Source: Rubrivivax sp. (lineage in GTDB: Bacteria; Pseudomonadota; Gammaproteobacteria; Burkholderiales; Burkholderiaceae_C). Taken from it: a stretch of DNA of 64,000 nt. Position 1 is the stretch's first letter. Every line of letters begins with the position of its first letter. The notes beneath the pieces are model-generated. The model was not told the origin of the DNA. It ran no database searches and saw nothing but the letters and a program-made list of their open reading frames with translations. The translations under genes were made by a program, and so were the position numbers. This document shows positions 19,926 to 31,200 of this stretch, piece by piece. Location of the stretch: positions 13,615-77,614 of the forward strand of contig JAXMEZ010000005.1 in the NCBI GenBank assembly GCA_046348035.1. The letters run 5' to 3'.

Positions 19926-21287
19926 TCAGGCCCGTTCCCCGCCCGAATCGCCCAGCGCCTGCAACCAATGGCGCGTCAGCGGCGTCACCGGCTTGCTCAT
20001 GCCGCGTTCGTTGACGAGCGCGCGGCCCATGCCGCGGTGGCCGCCGCCGGCCGCGGCGGCGAGCAGCGTCAGGTCGATCAGGTCGCGCTGTGCGTGGCTG
20101 CCGCCGAAGCGCTGCGCCAGCGTGCGGATCGGGTAGATCTGCTCGCAGGCGGCAGCCGCTGCGCCGCGCTGCCAGGCGAGCAGGCCGCGCATCAGCGGCA
20201 GGCCCACTTCGCGCGCCATCTGGTGGTTGGTGCGGCGCGCGTCTTCGGGGGTCATCGCGCGTTCGGCGCAGCGAGCCACCCACGCTTCGGCGCGGTGCAG
20301 TTCGCCGGCACCCAGCATCGCCAGTACCGCGTGCACGTCGTTGAACGCGTAGTAGCCGGCGGCACCCGCACCGCCGTGCTCGCCGAGGTCCCAGCCTTGC
20401 AGCAAGGCGGCGCAGCGCTCGGACACGTCCTCGCCCAGCAGGTGCAGCCGCCACAGCATCGCCGCGGCGTCCACGCGCTGCAGCGTGATCTGCAAAGCGA
20501 GAGCCGCAGGAGTGGCCGTCGACGACGCGCAGCACGCCGGCGATGTCCAGCGCTTGCCTTGAAGAGCGCCTTGTGCCACCACAGGTGCCCCGCGGCCGTT
20601 GCCTTCGCTCCACACGCCCTGGTGCTGGCGCAGCCACGCCCCGCCTTCCTCGAAGCGGCCCTGCATCTCCATCACGTGTGCCACGGCATGCACCGCCCAC
20701 GGCGCGCGCGGCTCGATGGCGAGCGCGCGCCGGCCCGCTTCCTCGGCCTGCGGCTGCAGATTGCATTCCTCCAGGCCGAAGGCGTACAGCGCCAGCACGT
20801 GTGCGTACAGCGGGTCGCCTTCGTCCCACTCGGGCAAGGCGCGCGCGGGCCGGCCGCGCAGGCCGGCGGCGTCGCCGCGGTAGAAGTCCCACAGCTGCGC
20901 CCATTGCAGCGCCAGCGCGTCGCGCGGGTGCTCGACGAGCAATTCGTCCCAGGTGCGGCAGGCGTTGTGCCAGCGGCCTTCGAGCACCTGCTGCACCGCT
21001 TCGAGGTGGGCGCGTTCGCGCGGCGTCGCGTGCTCGGTGCGGTCGCGCGCGGCGGCCAGGTGCGCCGCGGCTTCGGGCACGAGGGCCGGCTCGGTGAGGC
21101 TGAGCAGGAACCCCGCCTTCATCAGGTGCGGCAGCGCCCAGCCGGGGTCGGCGGCGATCGCCGTGTCGAGGTCGGCGAGGGGCACGTCGTAGAACGACAT
21201 CATCCGCCACAGCGCGCGCTCGGCCGCTTCGCGCGCCGCGGCGCTGCCGCTCGCGCAGGGGTTGCCGCGGGGATCCTGGTGCGCCAT
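19926..21287 (-). CDS. TTC38-like tetratricopeptide repeat protein
   Basis: HPRDALAL, AFGLEE, WAVHAVAHVMEMQGR, FNDVHA, FGGSHAQRD. Compensating indels near 20520-20590. Confidence 0.85.
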   Translation of the reverse strand: MAHQDPRGNPCASGSAAAREAAERALWRMMSFYDVPLADLDTAIAADPGWALPHLMKAGFLLSLTEPALVPEAAAHLAAARDRTEHATPRERAHLEAVQQVLEGRWHNACRTWDELLVEHPRDALALQWAQLWDFYRGDAAGLRGRPARALPEWDEGDPLYAHVLALYAFGLEECNLQPQAEEAGRRALAIEPRAPWAVHAVAHVMEMQGRFEEGGAWLRQHQGVWSEGNGRGAPVVAQGALQGKRWTSPACCASSTATPAALALQITLQRVDAAAMLWRLHLLGEDVSERCAALLQGWDLGEHGGAGAAGYYAFNDVHAVLAMLGAGELHRAEAWVARCAERAMTPEDARRTNHQMAREVGLPLMRGLLAWQRGAAAAACEQIYPIRTLAQRFGGSHAQRDLIDLTLLAAAAGGGHRGMGRALVNERGMSKPVTPLTRHWLQALGDSGGERA

Positions 21288-21401
21288 TCGGCCGGACTGT
21301 AGCGCGAGGAGGCAGCCGGCTCTTCCGGCGCCGCGGCCTGCCTTGACGAAGCAACCGGCCGCAGCGTAACATCAGCGTATTACGAAACGTATCACGCTCT
21401 C

Positions 21402-21671
21402 ATGACGACGATGCTCTCGCTTCGGCTCTCCAGCGAACAGGAGAAGCGGCTGACGACGCTGGCGGCGCGGCGTGGGATGACGCGCAGCGAATGGCTGCGC
21501 ATGGCCATCGAGCAGCAGATGGCCGCCGCCGATGCGGCCGTGGACAGCCACGCGATCTATCTCGAACTGACGGCGCCGCTGGCCAACCTGCCCGGCAGCG
21601 GCCGCACCGACGCGGCACGGCAGCACAGCCGGGTACTGAAGAGCAAGCTGCATGCGGCCCGTCGTCGTTGA
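21402..21671 (+). CDS. CopG/ribbon-helix-helix antitoxin
   Basis: MLSLRL...LAARRGMTRSEWLRMAIE. Overlaps the PIN gene. Confidence 0.8.
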   Translation: MTTMLSLRLSSEQEKRLTTLAARRGMTRSEWLRMAIEQQMAAADAAVDSHAIYLELTAPLANLPGSGRTDAARQHSRVLKSKLHAARRR

Positions 21672-22078
21672 TACCGGGCCCCTGGTGGCCTATTTCGACC
21701 GCGACGATCACGACCATGCCAGCGTGCACGCCTGGTTTGCCGGCCAGGCCTCGAAGCACCGGCTGCTGACGACCGAGGCCGTAGTCACCGAGGCCACGCA
21801 CCTGCTCGATTTCAACGTTGCCGTGCAGACCGCGTTCCTGGCCTGGGCCGCACGGGCGATGGTCGTCACGGCGGTGCCGCAAGCCGTCTATGAAGAGCTG
21901 GCGGCCTGGATGACCGGATACACCAAGGTACCGATGGACTTCGCCGACGCCACCGTGCTGTGGCTGTACCGCGAGACCCGTGAAGCGCAGATCCTCACGC
22001 TCGAATAGCGCGGCTTCGGTCTTCCGGCTGCCGGGCCAGGGCAAGAAGCGGCCGGCGACGGTGCAACTCGCTGGCTAG
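21652..22078 (+). CDS. PIN-domain (VapC-like) toxin; C-terminus probably disrupted near 22005
   Basis: VVVDTGPLVA, TEAVVTEA, MDFADA, ILTL. The ORF as called stops at 22008, but RGFG/FRLPG-like sequence continues to about 22078. Confidence 0.8.
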
Positions 22079-23522
22079 AGGCGCCGGCAGCCGCACGGCC
22101 AGGCCTTCAGCGCAGCGGCCGGGCGCAGCGCATGAAGGCGCGCCAGGCGCAGCGCCGAGATCGTCGTGGCGCCGGCCGATGATCTCGTCTGCAGGCCGAT
22201 CGGCAAACCGGCGCTGTCGTGCGCACCAAGGCACGCTCACCGCCGGCTGCTCGCGCTCATGTTGTACGGCAGCGTGAAGGCGATGTGCGCCATCGTCGTC
22301 AGCGGGTCGTTGGTGGGGCTCGCCACTCGGCCGGGTAGGTGACGACCGGCGACACCGGCGAGAGAACGAAGTCGGGCGGCGCGCGGCCACCGCTGCCTCG
22401 CGCGCAGCATGCCGATCTGGCTGAAGCCGTGGAAGAAACCGGCCGTACTCGTGCGCTCGCCCATGGCCGCCCACTGGCGGATGTACGGCAGCACCTTGTC
22501 GCGCCGCGCCGCGGGCAGGGCGCCGATGTCGACCAGCTGCGCACGCGCCAGAAGAGGTTGATGCCCTCGGCCATCTCGGCGGTGAGGAAGGGCTTCATCG
22601 GCACGATGGCGGCACCGGCCTGTTCGAACAGGCGCGCGGCGCGCTGCAGCGCGGCGGCGGTGTCGGCACTCGGCGGCAGGCCCCAGCCGGCCTCGGCCAG
22701 GACGCCGATCCTGAGCCCCTTCAGCGCCTCCAACCCCTTTACTTCCTTTACTCCCTTCAGTCCATTCACTTCGAGCGTCAGGTCGCCCCAGGCGATGTCC
22801 TCGTGCGGCAGGCTCGTCGTGTCGCGCCAGTCGGGGCGGGCGAGTGCGGCCATCATCAGCGCGGCGTCGGTGACGGTGCGCGTCATCGGCCCGGCGACGC
22901 GGCCGATGTAGGGTGGCTTGATCGGCACGCGGCCGTTGCTCGGCTTGAGACCGACGACACCGCACCAGCCGGCGGGCAGGCGGATCGAGCCGCCGATGTC
23001 GGTGCCCACGTGCAGAGGGCCGTAGCCGGCCGCCGCGGCGGCGCCGGCGCCGGCGCTGCTGCCGCCGGGGTTCTTCGACAAGTCCCACGGGTTGCGCGCC
23101 AGCGCGTGGAAGGTGGAAAGGCCCGAGCTGAGCATGCCGTAGTCGGGCATCGTCGTCTTGGCCAGCAGCACGCAGCCGGCTTCGGCCAGGCGCGCCGCGG
23201 GCGGTGCGTCTTCGGCTGCGGGCGTCAGGTCGGTGGCCGCGGTGCCCAGCGGCACCGGCGTGCCCTTCGTCGCGACGTTCTCCTTGATCGTCACCGGCAC
23301 GCCGTCCAGCGGCGAGCGCGGCGCACCGCGCTGCCAGCGCGCTTCGGCCTCCTTCGCTGCCGCGAGCGCGCGTTCGGGCGCGTAGGCGTAGAGCGCGTGC
23401 AGATGCGGTTCCCAGCGCGCGATGTGGGCGATGACGGCCTGCGTCACCTCCACCGGCGAGAGGCGCTTGGCGGCGTAGGCGGCCGAAAGCTCGGCGGCGC
23501 TGAGGTCGTGAAGGTCGGCCAT
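22075..23522 (-). CDS. Amidase signature family enzyme; 3' third frameshifted
   Basis: LDGVPVTIKEN, NPGGSSAG, GTDIGGSIRLPA, FTLPYNMS, IIGRRHDDL. End approximate. Confidence 0.88.
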
Positions 23523-23609
23523 CGTGTGCGTGTTCGTCTGCTGTTTGTGGGGGTCGTCGTATTCGCGCGCGGCAGCGAAGCAGGCCGTGAGCGAGGCGTC
23601 AACGAAGCG

Positions 23610-24122
23610 CTAAAGATGCGTGGCGCGAAAGCGCGCCAGCCGCTCGGCCGCCTGCTTGCGCACGTAGCTGCGCATCGGCGGCAGCGCGCCGAAGAGGCGC
23701 CCCGGCCAGCCGAGCGCCTGCGCGGCCCAGGCGCGGAAGTCGAAGCGGTCGACGTGGCGGAGGATGAGCCCGTCGGCGCTGAACTCGAAGGTCGAGTCGA
23801 CGACGTTGCGCACCGGGCGGTCGTCGGTGCCGTAGAGGTACGTCACCTCCCAGTGGGCGCTGCCCTCGAGGCCTTCGACGTGGATGTCGCCGGCCTCCAG
23901 CGACCACATGTCGCCGCTGCGCTTGCGCGCCGAGCGGCACAGCATGCGCCACATGGCGCCGATCTCGGCCGCGCCGTGCAGCGAGAACAGCGGGTCCTCG
24001 AACGTCGCCTGCGGCGCGTACAGCGCCTGCATCGCCTCGCCGTCGCGCTTCTCGAACGCGGCGTAGAGGCGCTGCAACGTGTGCAGGCGGCCGGCGGCGA
24101 GGCCGGCCTCTTCGAGCATCAT
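23610..24122 (-). CDS. NTF2/SnoaL-like protein
   Basis: ATFEDPLF, GAMWRML, AHWEVTY, ILRHVDRFDF. Confidence 0.85.
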   Translation of the reverse strand: MMLEEAGLAAGRLHTLQRLYAAFEKRDGEAMQALYAPQATFEDPLFSLHGAAEIGAMWRMLCRSARKRSGDMWSLEAGDIHVEGLEGSAHWEVTYLYGTDDRPVRNVVDSTFEFSADGLILRHVDRFDFRAWAAQALGWPGRLFGALPPMRSYVRKQAAERLARFRATHL

Positions 24123-24129
24123 GGCGGGC

Positions 24130-25635
24130 TCAGCCCCAGCTCACCGCGCCCATGTCGTTGGCGAAGATCGGCGAGCTGTTCCACAGGCCCTTCAGGCCGC
24201 GCTTGAACACCGCCACCTGCGCCGGGTTCCAGATGAAGACGTTGACGCAGTCCTCGGCCAGCTGGCGCTGGATGGCCTGCCACAGGCGCGCCTTCTCCTT
24301 CGCGTCGCTGGTGGCGGCGAGCTGGCTCACGAGGCCGCGGAACTTGGCGCTGTCGTAGCCGAAGTAGTAGTTCGGGTCGGCGTACGCGGTGGCGTAGTCC
24401 AGCGGCTCGACGTGGTTGATGATCGTGAGATCGAAGTTGCCCTTGAACGGCCCCGACAGCCACTGCGCCCACTCGACGTTCTCGATCTTCGCGTTGATGC
24501 CCACCTTCGCGAGTTGCGCCGCGATGATCTCGCCGCCCTTGCGCGCATACGGCGGCGGCGGCAGCGTCAGCGTCACGTTCAATGGCGTCGCATCGCCGGC
24601 TTCCTTCAGCAGTGCCTTGGCCTTCTCGGGGTCGTACGGGTACATCTTCGTCAGGTCGAGGTACCCGGCGTCGGTGGGCGCGAAGTGGCTGCCGATGGCA
24701 CGCCCCAAGCCCTCCTGCGCGCCGTCGATGAACGCCTGGCGGTCGACGGCATGCGCCAGCGCGCGGCGAACGCGCACGTCGTTGAACGGGGGCTTGCGGT
24801 TGTTGACCGACATGATGCCCTTGCCGGCCGTGCTGCCGATTTCGACGACGAAACGCTTGTCGGCCTGGAACTGCTTGAGCGACTGGAAGGCGGCGAAGCG
24901 CGGCATGCCGTCGATGTCGCCGGCCAGCAGCGCCGCCACCTGCGCCGCGGGGTCGTTGATGAAGCGGAAGGTCGCCTTGGCGAGCTTCACCTTCGCCGCG
25001 TCGCGATACGTGGGCGACTTCGCCAGCACGACCGAGCTGCCCTTGTTCCACGCCTCGACGACGAAGGGGCCCGTGCCCACCGGCTTGCTCGCCGCCTGCG
25101 CGACGCTGCCCGGGTGCAGGATGACGGCGGTGTTCTCGCCCAGGCGGAACGGCAGCGAGGCGTCGGGCTGGTTCAGCACCAGCGTCAGCGAATGCGGGTC
25201 GTGCACGACGACGCTGGAGATGTTCTCGAACAGCGCCTTCTTCGCCTTGTTCGTGCTCTTGGGGTCCTTGGCGCGCTCGAAGCTGAACTTCACGGCGTTG
25301 GCGTCGAAGGCGGCGCCGTCGCTGTACTTGACGCCTTTCTTCAGCTGGAAGGTGCAGGCCTTGCCGTCCGGCGCCAGCGTCCAGCTCTCGGCCAGGAGCG
25401 GCGTCACCGCGCCGTCCATGCCGATCTTCGTGAGCCCTTCGAGCACGTTGTAGTGGACGATCTCGCCGATGGCCGCGGCGGCGCCGGCCGTGGGGTCCAG
25501 CCCCGGCGGCTCGAGCACCATGCCGAGCACGACCGCGTCGCGGCGCCGCTGCGCGAAGGCGGCAGGCCCGGCGATGGTCAGCGGCACGGCGGCGGCCAGG
25601 CTGTGGATCACGGTGCGGCGTTTGACGTTCGGCAT
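24130..25635 (-). CDS. Peptide/nickel ABC transporter substrate-binding protein (family 5)
   Basis: Twin-arginine-like leader KRRT, LEPPGLDP, PVGTGPF, PFNDVRVRRAL, YDPEKAKALL. Confidence 0.93.
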   Translation of the reverse strand: MPNVKRRTVIHSLAAAVPLTIAGPAAFAQRRRDAVVLGMVLEPPGLDPTAGAAAAIGEIVHYNVLEGLTKIGMDGAVTPLLAESWTLAPDGKACTFQLKKGVKYSDGAAFDANAVKFSFERAKDPKSTNKAKKALFENISSVVVHDPHSLTLVLNQPDASLPFRLGENTAVILHPGSVAQAASKPVGTGPFVVEAWNKGSSVVLAKSPTYRDAAKVKLAKATFRFINDPAAQVAALLAGDIDGMPRFAAFQSLKQFQADKRFVVEIGSTAGKGIMSVNNRKPPFNDVRVRRALAHAVDRQAFIDGAQEGLGRAIGSHFAPTDAGYLDLTKMYPYDPEKAKALLKEAGDATPLNVTLTLPPPPYARKGGEIIAAQLAKVGINAKIENVEWAQWLSGPFKGNFDLTIINHVEPLDYATAYADPNYYFGYDSAKFRGLVSQLAATSDAKEKARLWQAIQRQLAEDCVNVFIWNPAQVAVFKRGLKGLWNSSPIFANDMGAVSWG

Positions 25636-25825
25636 CGCTTCTTCTCCTCTTGGCATCAGGGGCATCAGGGGGCGTGAGGGCGGGGCGGGCGGCGGCAAGG
25701 AATTGCGGAATTGCGCAGCCCGGCGACGGCGGATTCTGCGACAGCGGCAGAAGGCGGCCGGCAAGCCGGTATTCGCGGCGGTATTCGGCGCTTGGCCGCC
25801 GCGGCCCGGCGGGCACGATGCCGGC

Positions 25826-26062
25826 ATGTCCTCCGCGCCGGAGGCCGGCATGCCGGCCGCCCATTCGTTGCAGCTGCTGCCCGGCGAGCGCCTGGTGCTG
25901 TTCTTCGTGCGACTCGATCGCGCGGCAACGGTGCTCACGGCGCGCCCGCCGCGCTTCCTGGAGGGGCTGCGCGCGGCGGTGGATCTGCTCGGGTTCGCCG
26001 AGTTGCAGCGCGAGGAAGAAGACCGGCTCGACGAACTGTTGCCCTGGGCGGGCGCGGTCTAG
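25826..26062 (+). CDS. Small hypothetical protein (78 aa)
   Basis: MSSAPEAGMPAAHSLQLLPGERLVLFFVRLD... with GC3-biased codons typical of the genes here. Antisense within the ABC operon gap. Confidence 0.45.
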   Translation: MSSAPEAGMPAAHSLQLLPGERLVLFFVRLDRAATVLTARPPRFLEGLRAAVDLLGFAELQREEEDRLDELLPWAGAV

Positions 26063-26065
26063 GGC

Positions 26066-26163
26066 CCGTTCGCACTGGCATCTTTGGTGTGAACGGTACT
26101 CGCCCTTCGATACGCCGGCAGGCGTACCCTGTCCTGAGCTTGGCGAAGGATCAGGGCGAACGG
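26066..26163. repeat. REP-like palindrome family A, copy 2 (rearranged)
   Basis: CCGTTCGCAC...GTGTGAACGG hairpin, then CCCTTCGATAC...GTCCTGAGCTTGGCGAAGG ATCAGGGCGAACGG. Confidence 0.7.
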
Positions 26164-26975
26164 TGGTTCTCAACGCCAGGCGCTGCCGCCAGCAGCCGCT
26201 GGTGTGTAGGTGCTCCGGCGCGCGGAAGAGGCGGTCGGGGTCGCCGCGTTCGACGACATGGCCGTTCTGCAGCACGATCACCTCGTCGCACACCAGGTCC
26301 ACCACCGCGAGGTCGTGGCCGATGAAGTTGAGTAGCCAGACCGTAGCGGTCCTGCAGATCCTGCATCAGGTTGAGCACCTGCGCCTGCACGCTCACGTCG
26401 AGCGCGCTCACCGGTTCGTCGGCGACGATGAGCTTCGCCGCGTGATGAGCGCGCGCGCGATGGCGATGCGCTGGCGCTGGCCGCCGCTGAACTCGTGCGG
26501 ATACTTCTGCGAGGTCGCTGGCGCGCGCAGGCCCACCGCATCGAGCGCCTCGCCGGCGCGCTCGCGCCGTTCGGCGACTCCGGCGCCGTGCAGCACGGCC
26601 ACCGGCTCCGACACCGTCTGCAGCACCGTGCGCCGCGGGTCGAGCGAGCCGTAGGGATCCTGGAACACCATCTGCAGCTTGGCGCGCTGCTGGGCGCAAG
26701 GCGGCGGCGTCCAGCGCGTGCAGGTCCACGCCATCGAGCCGCACCGTGCCGGTCGTTGCGTTCGAGCGCCATCGCCGCGCCGCCGTGCTCTTGCCAGAGC
26801 CCGATTCGCCGACGATGCCGAGGCTCTTGCCCGCGTGCAGCGTGAAGCTCACGCCGGCGAGCGCCATCACCTCGGGCGCAGGCGAGAACAGGTTCTGGCG
26901 CGGCAGGCGGTAGCGTTGCCCAGGTGCTCGGCGACGAGCAGTGCGCGCCTGGATGGTGCTTGCACTCGCGCTCAC
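26151..26975 (-). CDS. Peptide ABC transporter ATP-binding protein (OppF/DppF-like); frameshifted
   Basis: [59 protein letters not shown]. Confidence 0.88.
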   Translation of the reverse strand: MSASASTIQARTARRRAPGQRYRLPRQNLFSPAPEVMALAGVSFTLHAGKSLGIVGESGSGKSTAARRWRSNATTGTVRLDGVDLHALDAAALRPAARQAADGVPGSLRLARPAAHGAADGVGAGGRAARRRSRRTARARRRGARCGGPARASDLAEVSARVQRRPAPAHRHRARAHHAAKLIVADEPVSALDVSVQAQVLNLMQDLQDRYGLATQLHRPRPRGGGPGVRRGDRAAERPCRRTRRPRPPLPRAGAPTHQRLLAAAPGVENHRSP

Positions 26976-27977
26976 GCCACACCGCCCACCGCTTCTTGCA
27001 CCGGCTTCGCGGTGAACACCGCATCCATGTGCAGGCAGCGCGCCGCGTGGCCGGGGCCAACCACCACCTCCGGCGGCAGGCGCCGCGCGGCACCGTCGGC
27101 CACGCGCGGGCAGCGGTCGGCGAACGGGCAGCCCGCGGCAGGGTCAGCCAGCTCCGGCACGCGGCCGGGAATCGTCGCCGGCGTGCCGCGCGCCAGCCCG
27201 AGGCGCGGCCGGGCCGCGAACAAGCCCTGCGTGTACGGGTGCGCGCGCTTGTCGAACAAGCTCCGCCGTCGGCCCGCTCTCGGCCACCGTGCCGCCGTAC
27301 ATCACGTGCACGCGCTCGACCATGTCGGCCATCACGCCCAGGTTGTGGCTGATCAGCACGAGGCCCATGCCGTCCTCGCGCACGAGTTCGCTGATGAGGT
27401 TCAGCACCTCGCGCTGGATCGTCACGTCCAGCGCCGTCGTCGGCTCGTCGGCGACGAGCAGGTCGGGCCCGCAGGCCAGCGCGATGGCGATCACCACGCG
27501 CTGCCGCTGCCCGCCCGAGAGCTGGTGCGGCCAGGCATCGAGCCGCGCCTTCGCCTGCGGCAGCTGCACGCGTTCGAGCAGCCGCAGCGCCTCGGCGCGC
27601 GCGGCCGAGGCGCCAAGGCCCTTGTGCAGCCGCAGCGGCTCGGCGATCTGGTCGCCGACGCGATGCAAAGGGTTCAGCGCCGTCATCGGCTCCTGGAACA
27701 CCATGCCGATGCGGTTGCCGCGCAGCTTGCACAACTCGGGCTCGGGCAGCGTGGTGAGCTCGATGCCGTCGAAGCGGATCGACCCGGCCACGCGCGCCCC
27801 TTCGGGCAAGAGGCCCATCAACGCCAGCGCCGTGATGCTCTTGCCGCACCCCGACTCGCCGATGAGCCCGAGCGTGCTGCCCCGTTCGAGCGCGAACGAC
27901 ACCTCGCGCAACGCATCCGCCGGCCCGCGCTGCGTTTGCAGCGTGACGCGCAGGCGGGAGACTTCGAGGAGGGGCAT
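26972..27977 (-). CDS. Peptide ABC transporter ATP-binding protein (OppD/DppD-like); one frameshift near 27260
   Basis: [50 protein letters not shown]. Confidence 0.9.
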
Positions 27978-28013
27978 GCGGGGGGACGATAGCGCAGGGG
28001 GGAAGTGCTTCGA

Positions 28014-28283
28014 TCAACGGGCGGCGCTGGGCCGGAGACGATCGTCCTCGCCGAAACCAAGCCAGCCGACAGCTGGCTCGATCCGGCCGCGCTTGGCCGC
28101 GCGTTCGAAGGCGCCCAGCACCGCGTCGTCGCTGCGCTCGTAGTAGTCGCGCGCGGTGACGACGTCGAATTCGTCCTTGCCGGCGACAACCAGACGGCCC
28201 CAGCACTCGCTGTTGTTGCGCAGGACGAACAAGAGAGCGCGCTGGCCTCGAAAGGTGATTTCACGACAGGCGCTGATGAGCAT
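28014..28283 (-). CDS. Small hypothetical protein (89 aa) downstream of the helicase-nuclease
   Basis: ATG 28283 is preceded by GGAGG and lies 16 bp after the helicase stop. No recognisable motif. Confidence 0.5.
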   Translation of the reverse strand: MLISACREITFRGQRALLFVLRNNSECWGRLVVAGKDEFDVVTARDYYERSDDAVLGAFERAAKRGRIEPAVGWLGFGEDDRLRPSAAR

Positions 28284-28299
28284 GATTGCAACCCTCCGA

Positions 28300-31200
28300 T
28301 CACGCGCCACGCAGCACGCTGAACTCGCGGAACAGGCGCGCCGGCAGCGGAACGGCGAGTCGCCACACGATACTCATCGGCCGCTCGCCTTCAGCCGATT
28401 CGAGCGTCAGTGGTCCGCAGGCGCGATAGGCATCGCCCTTCCTTGCTCTGACAAAGAGCTGGAAAGTCCATCCGTTGGCCGGGCTTTCGAGATAGCGCCT
28501 GCCGCGCTTGGTGTGTGGGGCGGTGCTGTTCGGTGTTTGCCAGTGGAACTGCTCCGGACTGATGGCAAAGTCCTTGTACGAAACGCGCTCGTGAAACCCT
28601 TCGCTCTTGTCCAGAGTGACGAAGAACAGTTCCCGGCGTTGGTCCAACTGCGAAAGCACGCCGCCATCGAACGGCAGCCGCTGTTGCGCGGTCAGCCAAC
28701 CGACGGCCGTCAGCACTTCGCGCACGCCGTACGCGGCGTGCAGGCACAGCGGCGTGGCCTCGAGTCCGGGCATCGCTGTCGAGACAAGATCCGAGCGCGC
28801 CTCCAGCAGCGGCCAAAGCTCATTCAGTTCGTCGCGGATCGCCGGATGGGCGCCGAGGCGACCGAAAAACGCGATGGGATCGCCCAGTCGCTCGCGGCCG
28901 GCGTCGACTTGGTAGGCGAGCATCTGCGCCAGCACGACCTGCTGCGGATCGACAGGCGCCGCGGTCGCCTCGCCGCGGGCCGCCTTGGCCAGCATGCTCA
29001 GGCGTCGAGGGTCATCGACATGCAGCAGGCTCGCCAGCCGGCGGCTGAAGTACTGCTCCTCGGGACCCGGCTCCGCGACGATGAGCCCGGCGCTTCGGCG
29101 CAGCGTCGTCCAGCCGCTCAACTGCTTGCCGGTACTGGCGCGGTAGACGTCTTCGAGTTCAAGGGCCTGGTGATCAAGGAACTCGCGCAGCGGCGGCGCC
29201 TGGACCGTTCCCCTTAGCGCCATGTAGGCCAGCAGCTCGGCTGTCAGGCGCGGCCAGCTGTTGACCGTCAGCGTGCGCAGCGAGGCCAGCACCTGCTGCC
29301 GCGTCTTCGGTTGCAGCTCGATATGGCAACCGGGCGGCAGGCGACCGAACCCTTGTTCGCATTGTTCGACGAGTTCGCGCCGCGAGAGACCGGTCAGCGT
29401 GGACAGCAGGCGATCGAAGCGGTAGTCGGTTCGATGCTGGCCGACGAAATCGAGGACGAGGCACGATTCCTTCTTCGGCGGCGCCAGGCGCAGCCCGCGT
29501 CCGATCTGCTGCTGGAAGAGCACCGGGCTTTGCGTCGGCCGCAGCAGCAGCAGCGTGTCGACCATCGGCAGGTCGATCCCTTCGTTGTAGAGGTCCACCG
29601 TCACCAGCGCGCACAGCTTGCCGGCCATCAGGAGCTTGGGCGCGTCATCCCGCTCGTCCCTGGGCGTGTCGCCGAAGACGCAGCGGGCGGGCAGCCCCGC
29701 CGCGTTCAGCGTCGCTGCCATGAAGCGGGCATGTCGGACAGTCACGCAGAACACCAGGGCCTTGCATGCGCGCGGGTTGGCGGCCAGTCGCCGCCATTCG
29801 TCGATGACGAGCTTGGCGCGGACGTGGTTGTCGGAAACGAGGACGTCGAGTGCCGCAACTTCGCCCGGCATGTGCCAAGGGACGTCACGGAAGTCCGTCT
29901 GATCGTCGCACGCGAAGTACTCGAACGGCGCGAGCAGCTGGAGGTCGAGGGCGTGCCACAGCCGCAACTCGACCGCGGGCCGACCGTCGGGCCGCGCGTT
30001 GAAGTGCTGAAGAATCGGCCTGCCGTCGGTTCGCTCAGGTGTCGCCGTCAGCCCGAGCAGCACCTTCGGTTCGACGGCGGTGATGAACGCCTCGAAGCGG
30101 TCAGCGGCCAGGCGGTGGCACTCATCGACAACAACGACGTTCCAGTGCGCCGCGCCGAGCTGGGCGACCAAGCCTCGCGCGTGCACGCCGTCGATGGTGG
30201 CGAAGAGGTGGTCGTGGCTGGCGGGTTCCTCGCCGCCGGCCAGCAGGGTCCCGAAAGTTCGGTCGCGCAGCACTTCGCGATAGGTGCGTTGCGCCTGCTC
30301 CAGGATCTCGCGCCGGTGGGCCACGAAGAGCAGCCTCGGGTAGCCCCCTTGCTCGCGGTGCAGCCGCCGGTAGTCCAGGGCGGCCAGCACGGTCTTGCCG
30401 GTCCCGGTGGCGGCAACGACGAGGTTGCGCCACCGGCCGTGCGCCCTTTCGCTGGCGAGCTGGTCGAGCATCTCCTGCTGGTAGCTCTTGGGCTGCAGAT
30501 CGAAGAACGTCACAAGCGCCGCGCTGGCGCCATCCGGCCGCTCCTGCTGCAGCGCTTCTCGCAGCTTCGTGCGATGAGCTTCGCTGCCCGCATCGAAATG
30601 CTGGAACTCGGGGTCGGCCCACAGCGTTTCGAAATGCGCAACGGCATGCTCGAAGAGCGCCGTTTGCGAGCGCTGGGCGATCTTGACCGTCCATTCCAGG
30701 CCGCCGGTGAGCGCGGCGCCCGTCAGATTGGCGCTGCCGACGTAAGCGCTGCCGAAGCCCGTCGCGCGGCGAAAGATCCAGGCTTTCGCATGCAGGCGGG
30801 TGCGCCGGCCGTCGAGAGAGACGCGCACTTCGCAACCCGGCAGCCGTGCCAGCCGTTCCAGCGCTTCGGCCTCGGTGTTGGCCATGTAGGTCGTGGTCAG
30901 CACCCGCAGCCTCGTCCGCGTCTGGCCTTGCGCGTCAAGCGCAGACAGGCGGCTCAATTCGCCTTCGAGTTTGCGCAAGCCGGAGACGGTGATGAAGCTG
31001 ATGAGAACGTCGACGTGGTCGGCCGAGTCGAGCTCGCGCCGCAGTTCCTGCAAGAGCGATGGCGTGCCGCGGCCGGCTGTGAAGAGCCAAGGTGCCGACA
31101 GGCCGAGTTCGGGCGCAGGCCGGCCCGCGGTGTCTCCGCCCAGCGCGACGAGGCGGCGCGGCGGTGCGGCGATGAGGTCGATGACTTCGGCGGCGCCACG

